64,000 nt of DNA from an uncultured Planctomycetia bacterium (GTDB taxonomy: Bacteria > Omnitrophota > Gorgyraeia > Gorgyraeales > Gorgyraeaceae), in contig CAYPYS010000002.1 in assembly GCA_964415355.1 (NCBI GenBank), positions 138,475 to 202,474 on the forward strand, written 5' to 3'. The position numbers and the translations under genes are program-made. Shown here piece by piece: positions 57,030-64,000 of the stretch (position 1 is the stretch's first letter; every line of letters begins with the position of its first letter). The notes below the pieces were generated by a model that was not told the DNA's origin, searched no databases, and saw nothing but the letters and a program-made list of their open reading frames with translations.

Positions 57030-57068
57030 TAAGTTTACACTTTAACGTTGTTGAAATGTAAAGTTAGG
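57030..57068. repeat. REP-like repeat copy, mixed arms
   Basis: taagtttacactttaacgttgttgaaatgtaaagttagg. Encodes the C-terminal [10 protein letters not shown] and stop of the GT2 gene. Confidence 0.9.
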
Positions 57069-57886
57069 TAGAGGTGGATTTTTATCTCATATAATAATAT
57101 AAAAGGTAGATTTGATATAATGCCCCATAGGGAGTCGTTTTTTCTCATACATCTATATCTGTTCCTGATATACATTTTTTTTAGATCATTTGATAAATAC
57201 GGGAAGTTCAGGCCTTTCTTTCCCCCTGACGTGCCGCCTCTCTCATGATAAGCAATTGCCTTCGGGCTATAATAAGCCTTCCATCCCTTTTTCTGTGCCC
57301 TCCAGCATATGTCTAGATCCTCATAGTACATACCAAATGTCTCGTCAAAATACCCATTTTCATCCTTTATATCCATGAGCATGCGTTTCCTGAAAAATGC
57401 GCATGCGCCGCTCGCGCCAAAAACATAGCCTGGGTCTTCGTATTGCCTCTTATCCGGTTTACCATAGCCTCTTTCTGCGGGCTTTCTATCCCTTCCTACA
57501 AACAAGCCTGTCGAATCGATGGTCTTTTTATCATTTCTCAAGATCTTGCCGCTGACCATGCCGATCCTGGGATCAAGGCCAATGGCCCTTAGTGCCTCTT
57601 TTAAATAATCCTTATCCAAGATCACGTCATTGTTAAGACACAGCATAAAGTTGCCCTTAGCTGCTCCTATCCCTTGATTATAAGCCTTGCAGAATAATAA
57701 ATTCCGCGCGTTCCATATAAGCCTGGCTTCAGGGTAATACATCCTTACCATCTCAACGCTGCCATCAGTAGACGCATTGTCGACAACTATGATTTCTATA
57801 TCCTTGAAACCCTGGCCCCTGACAGAATCAAGGCACTGCCTCAGCAAATCTTTTCTGTTGTAATTTGCTACTATTACAGAAATCAT
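57035..57886 (-). CDS. Family 2 glycosyltransferase
   Basis: MISVIVANYNRKDLLRQCLDSVRGQGFKDIEIIVVDNASTDGS. The C-terminal …[10 protein letters not shown] is encoded by a repeat copy. Confidence 0.8.
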   Translation of the reverse strand: MISVIVANYNRKDLLRQCLDSVRGQGFKDIEIIVVDNASTDGSVEMVRMYYPEARLIWNARNLLFCKAYNQGIGAAKGNFMLCLNNDVILDKDYLKEALRAIGLDPRIGMVSGKILRNDKKTIDSTGLFVGRDRKPAERGYGKPDKRQYEDPGYVFGASGACAFFRKRMLMDIKDENGYFDETFGMYYEDLDICWRAQKKGWKAYYSPKAIAYHERGGTSGGKKGLNFPYLSNDLKKMYIRNRYRCMRKNDSLWGIISNLPFILLYEIKIHLYLTLHFNNVKV

Positions 57887-57900
57887 TATATCGCACTGGC

Positions 57901-57939
57901 TAACTTTACACTTTAACGTTGTTGAAATGTAAAGTTAGG
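57901..57939. repeat. REP-like palindromic intergenic repeat copy
   Basis: taactttacactttaacgttgttgaaatgtaaagttagg, in the divergent region between the GT2 gene and the plus-strand O-antigen-ligase-like gene. Confidence 0.9.
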
Positions 57940-57941
57940 GT

Positions 57942-59639
57942 TTGGTGTTGCGTAACTTACCGCTGTATTTTATAATATATTATATCATGAACAAGGAAAC
58001 TAATCTAAAAAAGATATCACCTCCATTGTTTTTTTTGTTTCTGTTATTTGTCTTTATCCGTCCCTTTGTCTCGGAAATAGCTTACCCCGTAATCAGCGGA
58101 TATATGCGAACAGCTGTCTTAATGTTATTTCTCGCAAGCCTGTTGTCTAGTAAGGAGTTCCGGATTGCAAAAAATCTCTTTAACAAACCCCTGTTGCTCT
58201 ACTGTATCGCGATAGCCATATCCCTGCTTTACACTATAAATCTACGCGCTAGCCTGCATCAAATATACCAATTAACTCCGCTATTGTGCCTTTTTTATCT
58301 CGCCCTGAATCTGGAAAAAAACCAGTCCGTTAAATTAGTAATCCTCCTGGTACTTGCAGCGTCGGTGTTGAGTATTTATGGGGCATGCCAATACCTCTGG
58401 GGATTTGAGAATACAAAAAATTACCTAAGTCTGCACATGAAGGACATGCTGCAGGCAAGATATGCCAGAGAAATACTTATGACGAAAAGAGCGATTGCTA
58501 CATTTTTTTCGCCAAATATGTTTGCGGTATTTCTCGCAATGACCATACCGCTCTGCGCGGGACTTTTATTGGACAATCTAAAAAATAAAAAACGTAGATT
58601 GTTTTTTGGCTTTTCTGCGATATGTATGCTTACGGCGCTTCTTCTTACAAAATCTATGGCCGGGGCCATAAGCATGTGTTTCGGCGCTATCATATTCTTT
58701 GCTTTTGCCTGTCATCGGCCATCCAAAAAAATATTCATCTTTCTCGTGTTTATATTATTATTGCCTCTATTTTTACTATTATTACGCTCTGACATGTTTG
58801 TCAATATCTTAAATCAGCAAAATACAATATTACAGCGATTAAGTTTCTGGAGAAGCGCATCGGAGATCATCAAGGATTTTACCCTTAGGGGAGTCGGGAT
58901 AGGGAACTTTGCAAATGCCTATCCAGGATACAGAGAACTCGTAGCGAACGAAACAAGATTGGCCCATAATGTATTCCTGCAAACCTGGGCTGAGGCGGGG
59001 CTATTAGGCATGATCTCTATGATCTTATTGGTATGGGCCTTCATAAAAAGCTCCTTAAGGATCGAAAAGAATTTTTTTAACATAGGACTTATTGCCTCGG
59101 GCTATGTGTTTTTAATAAACAATCTGTTTGATTTTTCTTATTTCATACCACAGGTTTCATATCTATGGTGGATAAATTTGGGCCTTGTGGCACAAAACCT
59201 TAAGCGCCAGGACACCAGAACTAACTATAGATTAAAATTATTTATTGCCTTAATGGTTTTAATGATAATATATTTGAATGTAAAATCCACCATTGCGTCA
59301 GCTTATTTCCAAAGAGAAGATTACAGAAAGGCAATCGCCCTGGAGCCTTATAATGACTTATACTATGCGAGAATAAACGAATACGACAAGGCCATTGCCC
59401 TTAATCCTCGCTCTCCCTTCTATCACAAAAACCTGGCCCTATCATACCTTGATAAAAACATGATAAAAGAAGCTATCGCAGAGCTAGAAAAGGCCTCTGA
59501 GCTGTATCCTGCGGATGAGTCATTGCACCAGCAATTGTTCGATTTATACACTGCGACAGGGCAAAAAGAAAAAGCTGAAAAAGAGAGGCTCAGGCTTGAA
59601 GAATTTCATTCAAAATATTCAGGATATTTTATCAGATAG
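57942..59639 (+). CDS. O-antigen ligase/polymerase-like (Wzy_C) polytopic membrane protein with C-terminal TPR repeats. The start may be the ATG at 57987.
   Basis: This is the only plus-strand gene. It has about 12 TM segments and a C-terminal TPR region (…AIALNPRSPFYHKNLALSYLDKNMIKEAIAELEKASELYP…). A TATAAT lies at about 57971. Confidence 0.6.
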   Translation: MVLRNLPLYFIIYYIMNKETNLKKISPPLFFLFLLFVFIRPFVSEIAYPVISGYMRTAVLMLFLASLLSSKEFRIAKNLFNKPLLLYCIAIAISLLYTINLRASLHQIYQLTPLLCLFYLALNLEKNQSVKLVILLVLAASVLSIYGACQYLWGFENTKNYLSLHMKDMLQARYAREILMTKRAIATFFSPNMFAVFLAMTIPLCAGLLLDNLKNKKRRLFFGFSAICMLTALLLTKSMAGAISMCFGAIIFFAFACHRPSKKIFIFLVFILLLPLFLLLLRSDMFVNILNQQNTILQRLSFWRSASEIIKDFTLRGVGIGNFANAYPGYRELVANETRLAHNVFLQTWAEAGLLGMISMILLVWAFIKSSLRIEKNFFNIGLIASGYVFLINNLFDFSYFIPQVSYLWWINLGLVAQNLKRQDTRTNYRLKLFIALMVLMIIYLNVKSTIASAYFQREDYRKAIALEPYNDLYYARINEYDKAIALNPRSPFYHKNLALSYLDKNMIKEAIAELEKASELYPADESLHQQLFDLYTATGQKEKAEKERLRLEEFHSKYSGYFIR

Positions 59640-60164
59640 CCTAAAGGTGATCTTTTTAAGCGCTAAAGATAAAAGATTTACTATAATATAAACGCTCACA
59701 TTTATAAATCTGACTATAATATAAATTGCCTTAAAAGGCAGGGCTAGTATATTTTTAATGATTTCAAAAAAAGGCCTTACGCGCAAAAGATACCACTCGT
59801 CACAGTAATTGTACAAGAGTTTGGGGCATTTAAATCTTCGAAATGCCTTCCAGACCAGAAATGGGTTCAGGGACAAAATAACTACTGCATCAAAATCTCC
59901 CGCCAAAACCTCTGGGTCATTCGTAGTAAAAATATTTTCATGTGACACTACATGCGAAACGAGCCCTATTTTAAAATCAGGTAATATAATTTTACAGTCT
60001 GCGTTTTTAAATCTTTTTTTAATGCTCCCTACTGCCTTACGAAGGTGCTCTTCATAAGGAAGGCTTATAACGAGAATATTTTTTATTTTTCCTGGATCTA
60101 TGCTATCTTTACGAGCCAAGTCAATGAACAGTCTTCCTGTTTTTTTCAAAATATAATTTATCAT
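59619..60164 (-). CDS. Hypothetical protein. Its C-terminal ~45 aa read through an AT-rich spacer, so it may be a gene remnant.
   Basis: 181 aa. Converges on and overlaps the plus-strand gene by 21 nt. No confident family assignment. Confidence 0.3.
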   Translation of the reverse strand: MINYILKKTGRLFIDLARKDSIDPGKIKNILVISLPYEEHLRKAVGSIKKRFKNADCKIILPDFKIGLVSHVVSHENIFTTNDPEVLAGDFDAVVILSLNPFLVWKAFRRFKCPKLLYNYCDEWYLLRVRPFFEIIKNILALPFKAIYIIVRFINVSVYIIVNLLSLALKKITFRLSDKIS

Positions 60165-60172
60165 GAGAAGCT

Positions 60173-60243
60173 AAGTTTACACCCCACTTTACTTCCTTAA
60201 GGACTCGCGGGGCATGCTTTAACGTTGTTGAAGTGTAAACTTA
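60173..60243. repeat. REP-like repeat copy interrupted by a 33-nt insertion
   Basis: Left arm taagtttacac, then the insert cccactttacttccttaaggactcgcggggcatg, then the right part ctttaacgttgttgaagtgtaaactta, which encodes the GT4 C-terminus and stop. Confidence 0.7.
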
Positions 60244-61394
60244 TATAGTTCTTCCAGCTGGTTTGCTAATAAGTCCCAATTATATCTCTTTTCGACGAGC
60301 TGCCTGGCATTCCTCCCCAGCCAGGCCCGTTTTTTTGCATCTAAGGTAAGATCTATGACCTTGCTTGTGAAATCTTCAGGGTCATCTGCTATAGATATAT
60401 TCTCTCCGTCCATGACTTCTGTCACACCCTCGCAGCCGACAGAAGTCGAGACAACTGCTTTTTCCATTCCCCATGCTTCAAATAACTTTCCCCTCATGCC
60501 TGTGCCTGATCTTACAGGCATCACGAAGACCTTGCTTCTGGCTAGATAAGGTCGTATGTCTTTTACGTATCCGGTTACAGTAACGTTTTTATCCCGTTCA
60601 AGTGCCAGGATCGAATCTGGCGGGTCAAATCCCACTATTGTAAAATTAACCTTAGGAAGCTTTTTGCGTATCAATGGAAATATATCCCGGTAAAAATAAT
60701 GCACTGCATCGACATTCGGATGATGCCTAAAGAACCCTACAAATATAATATCCATATCCTCTTCTGCGCCTTTAGAAGGGCTGAAAAAGCCATGATCTAC
60801 GCCCATGGGTATCGCTGTTGCATCCAGGCCCGGTGAATATGATTTTAAAGCCGAGGCCTCGTTCTCTGTCATGGTAATCACCTTATCGAATCTATTGCAA
60901 ATCCTTGCCTCATATATCTCTTTTTTAAGCGCACTTCCCCACGTCTTCGCCTTCTCTGAAAATGACCTTCTTAGTCTTATCTCTCTTAACTGGGCCAAAT
61001 AGTGCAACTCGTGCTCTGTTAAAAACTTAATAGAGCATGAGTTATCCGGTGCATATTGAGCCATGATCAAATATTCAAAGTGCAAAATATCAAAATCCTC
61101 TTCATCTAATCTATTTTTGATCAGATCCTTCATTGGCTTATAGGAAAATTCGTCGATCATAGGAGGTAATATAGATAGTGCGTCTGCCCTCCACGGATAA
61201 TCTTTTTTTACTACATCAACTCTTTTGCACATCTTCTTTAATTCCGGTAAAAACCTTTCTTCCTCAGGGGCTATAAATGATACAAGGCTTACGCTATTTT
61301 TAGCTGTAAGCCTTTTGATCAATTCGAACATCCTGTTACATCCTGCATTTATGCCACGACAAGGGATATAAGGACAGATATAAAGAATCTTCAT
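60219..61394 (-). CDS. Family 4 (GT-B) glycosyltransferase
   Basis: …GKLFEAWGMEKAVVSTSVGCEGVTEV… GT4 C-terminal motif. The last 8 codons (KFTLQQR) come from an interrupted repeat copy. Confidence 0.8.
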   Translation of the reverse strand: MKILYICPYIPCRGINAGCNRMFELIKRLTAKNSVSLVSFIAPEEERFLPELKKMCKRVDVVKKDYPWRADALSILPPMIDEFSYKPMKDLIKNRLDEEDFDILHFEYLIMAQYAPDNSCSIKFLTEHELHYLAQLREIRLRRSFSEKAKTWGSALKKEIYEARICNRFDKVITMTENEASALKSYSPGLDATAIPMGVDHGFFSPSKGAEEDMDIIFVGFFRHHPNVDAVHYFYRDIFPLIRKKLPKVNFTIVGFDPPDSILALERDKNVTVTGYVKDIRPYLARSKVFVMPVRSGTGMRGKLFEAWGMEKAVVSTSVGCEGVTEVMDGENISIADDPEDFTSKVIDLTLDAKKRAWLGRNARQLVEKRYNWDLLANQLEELYKFTLQQR

Positions 61395-61402
61395 GCTGAC
61401 GT

Positions 61403-63742
61403 TTATTTAAATTTCTCCAGGATAATGTCCTGCAATCTATTGCTTATTTTTTTCCAGTCATATTTCTCTGCGACCAGGGCAATGGCATCTTCTGACATGC
61501 GTCTGTGTAAAACATTATCTTTGTCCAACATATTTATATTGTCCGTGAATTTAGCAACAGAGCATGTCAATATAGGCTGCCTCCCGTTTGTCTTTATGCC
61601 GCGAGCCCCGCATTCCGTTGCTACGATAGGTAACCCATAGGACATGTAATCCAGCATCTTTATATTCACGCCTGATCCGCTAAACATAGGATTAATAGCT
61701 ATGTCCGAACTCTTTAATGCCTGGCCAAGTTTATTGTCAGATACCCTGCCCAGGAATTTTACGTTCCCCGGTATATCTTCGCCCTTAAATGCATCTGCTA
61801 TATTCCCGACTATTAAAAACGTAAATTCCTTGAGTTCAGGAGCTATTACGCGCAGAATAAACCTGACTGCATCTATGTTAGGCTTGTATAGCGCTGCGAC
61901 GAAAAGGACCACTTTTTTATCAAGCGGCAATCCTAGCTCTTTCTTGGAGAGCCCTTTCTCTTCGCGACTGGCCAGTTGTTTTGCATATGAACCATTGGGT
62001 ATTATGTATATTTTTTCTGGATTTACGCCGTAGATATTTACAAAGGATTGCTTTTCTTCTTCAGAGCAAGCCATAATCAGATCACTCTTCCTGCACGCGT
62101 CAGCCTCAGCCTTTTTAACATACTTTAAAATAAAACGTTTTAGCATATGTCTTTCCAGAATCCGGTCCATAAGTAAATATTCACAATTATGTGCATCATA
62201 GATAAAGATCTGCCCATTATTTTTACGCATAGATAAAGACGACCAGGGATGAGAGCATACCAATATATCTGCTTTTTGAGAACCAAGGATATGCCTAAAA
62301 TTTCGATCCGTGTGCATACATAAATAAGAAAAGAGATTAAGAAAATGGTTTTTTATGACCTTTCCCTCTATGGCGCGCCATGAATAATAATGCCGCGGAA
62401 ACGGGCTCAACACCTCTTTGAAATTATCGCGTATCCTATTAAAGGCGTATTTCTCCCCATTGGATACGCTATAGTCTACCCCGACATAAGTAATATCAAA
62501 CAGGTGTTCTGAAATATTGGAAAATAAATTCCAGATCCGCTTAGGGCCTCCCCAGAGCGGCGGATAAAGCCTGGCTGTATCGCTTATAAGCATTCTCAAT
62601 TTACTATTTTTAGGCTTAACTGCATTGATGCTTCTCCCTGTCTTTTCGATCTTTATTCGGTTGGTTTTTTTTCTGCGATCAAGACTCTCCTTTAAATACC
62701 TGCAAGTGGCTACAAAAGGATTGGCTTCGCTGTATCTTACTGCATAGTGCTGCAGACATGGACTTTTGCAATTATAAGCGATCTTGCGTACCTTACGAGC
62801 TTGTCGTGACTGCCATATGTCTTTTATGCTACTATGTTTGACATTGCCTATCAGATGCTTGCAGATGAAGGCCTCGCCATCAGGGCAGATATTCGGCCCC
62901 ATAAACCCAGCGTAACATCCCATAGAACTATTCCTTATCTTGCCTTTGAAGTATTCAGGGTATAGCCTTAGGGCGTATTCCGGATTATTGACCAGCCCGT
63001 TCTTCTTCTTGAACTCGATGATCTCCTCTATTACCCTGCTCAATATCTCTATCTCTTTCTCGTTCATGGCATATTTATTATCCCTGCTATCCAGCTCTAC
63101 ATTGCTAGCCATAGCAGGCATGATAGAGACATTCGCAAAGTTTAATTCCTTGCCCAATTTTATCAGATCCAGCGCTTCCTTTAAGTTTTCTTTCATCAAA
63201 ACATACGTAACGCCGATGCGCACGTCGGTCTTCCTGTCTTTGCTGATTTTTCGGATGAGCTTAATATTATTGATTATCCTGTCAAAACAACCTTTGACCC
63301 CGCGTATAGAATCATGCATCTCTGCAGTGGCCCCGTCCAGCGAAGTCTCGAGATAAAACTTATGGTGCGGCAGCTCCGTAAGCTTCTCTGCTATCTTTTC
63401 GTCTATCAGCGTCAGATTCGTATTGACATAAACAGTGTGATCTATCTTCTTTGAGGCATAGTCCAGTATTTCAAAAAAATCCTTTCTTATAAATGGCTCT
63501 CCCCCGCTCAAGACGATGTCACGAACACCCCAGGATGCCACATCCTCTACTATTTTTATGATTTCACTGAGGCTGATCTCTTCCTCGGGCCTTGTAGGAT
63601 GTTTGCGAATGTCACACATCTTGCATTTTAAATTACATCTTTTCGTAAGCAAGATCCCTGCGTAATCCGGTTTAACCAGTGGCGCGTTGAGTTTACGCGA
63701 AAGCCAGAATAAATATATTTTTTTTAATTCTTCTCTGGTCAT
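61403..63742 (-). CDS. Fusion of an N-terminal radical SAM/SPASM domain to a C-terminal GT4 glycosyltransferase
   Basis: 779 aa with the CNLKCKMCD (CxxxCxxC) motif and a SPASM Cys cluster (MGCYAGFMGPNICPDGEAFICKHLIGN…CKSPC), then a GT4 domain (…GLPIVATECGARGIK…). Confidence 0.7.
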   Translation of the reverse strand: MTREELKKIYLFWLSRKLNAPLVKPDYAGILLTKRCNLKCKMCDIRKHPTRPEEEISLSEIIKIVEDVASWGVRDIVLSGGEPFIRKDFFEILDYASKKIDHTVYVNTNLTLIDEKIAEKLTELPHHKFYLETSLDGATAEMHDSIRGVKGCFDRIINNIKLIRKISKDRKTDVRIGVTYVLMKENLKEALDLIKLGKELNFANVSIMPAMASNVELDSRDNKYAMNEKEIEILSRVIEEIIEFKKKNGLVNNPEYALRLYPEYFKGKIRNSSMGCYAGFMGPNICPDGEAFICKHLIGNVKHSSIKDIWQSRQARKVRKIAYNCKSPCLQHYAVRYSEANPFVATCRYLKESLDRRKKTNRIKIEKTGRSINAVKPKNSKLRMLISDTARLYPPLWGGPKRIWNLFSNISEHLFDITYVGVDYSVSNGEKYAFNRIRDNFKEVLSPFPRHYYSWRAIEGKVIKNHFLNLFSYLCMHTDRNFRHILGSQKADILVCSHPWSSLSMRKNNGQIFIYDAHNCEYLLMDRILERHMLKRFILKYVKKAEADACRKSDLIMACSEEEKQSFVNIYGVNPEKIYIIPNGSYAKQLASREEKGLSKKELGLPLDKKVVLFVAALYKPNIDAVRFILRVIAPELKEFTFLIVGNIADAFKGEDIPGNVKFLGRVSDNKLGQALKSSDIAINPMFSGSGVNIKMLDYMSYGLPIVATECGARGIKTNGRQPILTCSVAKFTDNINMLDKDNVLHRRMSEDAIALVAEKYDWKKISNRLQDIILEKFK

Positions 63743-63755
63743 GTCGACATCTTGA

Positions 63756-63956
63756 CTATTTTCTGTTTATAAAGTTGCAATTCAAAATCCTGCACGTCCT
63801 ATTGCAGCTCAAAATCTCTTTTCTTCTTTTTTGAGCTGTCTGACTATTCCAGATATCGCTCAATTTATTATCCAGGATATTTCCTATAGGTGCCATATTC
63901 CAGCATGTCAGGATATTCCCGTATTCATCGAGTATAATATTTTTTTCAGCTGTCAT
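63756..63956 (-). CDS. SPASM-like Cys-rich fragment or small standalone protein
   Basis: 66 aa, …DEYGNILTCWNMAPIGNILDNKLSDIWNSQ…CNRTCRILNCNF, resembling the C-terminal half of a SPASM domain. An in-frame stop lies 12 codons upstream. Confidence 0.35.
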   Translation of the reverse strand: MTAEKNIILDEYGNILTCWNMAPIGNILDNKLSDIWNSQTAQKRRKEILSCNRTCRILNCNFINRK

Positions 63957-64000
63957 GCACCTGCTCTCTCTGTTGTATTCTTCTGGATTTTTAAAATATT

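Noticed and set aside
3959-60243. The interspersed ~38-bp palindromic repeats could be a CRISPR array.
   Set aside because: Copies are separated by whole genes of 0.2-2.7 kb, not by uniform 26-72-bp spacers. Tandem copies have 0-5 bp between them. No cas genes are present. The copies fall into diverged subfamilies. The organisation is a REP/MITE-like dispersed element, not a CRISPR array.
65-63356. Plus-strand ORFs inside acsC, acsB, cooS, fhs, polA, prfA, pnp and others (for example 558-884, 2105-2746, 3408-3974, 4165-4518, 10005-10454, 30907-31575, 52569-53072, 62940-63356).
   Set aside because: They are entirely antisense to long, strongly conserved minus-strand genes. They have low-complexity Ser/Leu/Phe-rich compositions typical of shadow frames and no recognisable motifs.
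1-64000. Presence of IS elements, prophage or a defence island.
   Set aside because: No transposase, integrase, reverse transcriptase, restriction-modification, toxin-antitoxin or phage structural homologues were recognised. Gene content is housekeeping plus envelope functions throughout.

Overview
This 64-kb window is core chromosome from a low-GC anaerobe with extreme strand bias: 62 of 63 protein genes are on the minus strand. At the low-coordinate end sits a compact Wood-Ljungdahl cluster, transcribed fhs-fchA-folD-metF-cooC-cooS-ferredoxin-acsB-acsC. acsC is truncated by the window start and is absent from the ORF track. Next come conserved housekeeping operons: rpsP-trmD-rplS-rnhB-yraN, rho-rpmE-prfA-prmC-murA (with coaE and polA adjacent), gatCAB, rsmA-pdxA, and rpsO-pnp with an intrinsic hairpin between them. 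Other single housekeeping genes include argS, tsaD, nadD, lpdA and a short-form mfd. There is a type IV pilus / T2SS-like cluster: two tandem PilB/GspE ATPases, GspG- and GspH-like pseudopilins, a LarB-like gene, a membrane-anchored HTH and a bactofilin-HTH fusion. pilT lies elsewhere, wedged between leuC-like and leuD-like aconitase-family genes next to icd and mdh. An envelope glycan cluster contains GT2, GT4, an O-antigen-ligase-like gene and a radical-SAM/SPASM-GT4 fusion. The dominant non-genic signal is a ~38-bp imperfect palindromic REP-like repeat (core AACTTTACAyTTyAACrwTGTTrAArTGTAAAGTT, usually flanked T...AGG). At least 33 full copies, plus half-copies and one interrupted copy, sit in almost every intergenic gap of 40 nt or more, 5-32 nt upstream of the next start codon. 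The repeat supplies stop codons and C-terminal residues to several genes and creates spurious 'MLKCKV...' N-terminal extensions in the ORF track. A second small GC hairpin (ATTCCCGC-loop-GCGGGAAT) accompanies three copies. All manually derived coordinates are accurate to about 2 nt; one local off-by-one against the ORF track was found near 50.5 kb. No rRNA, tRNA, CRISPR array or transposase was recognised.
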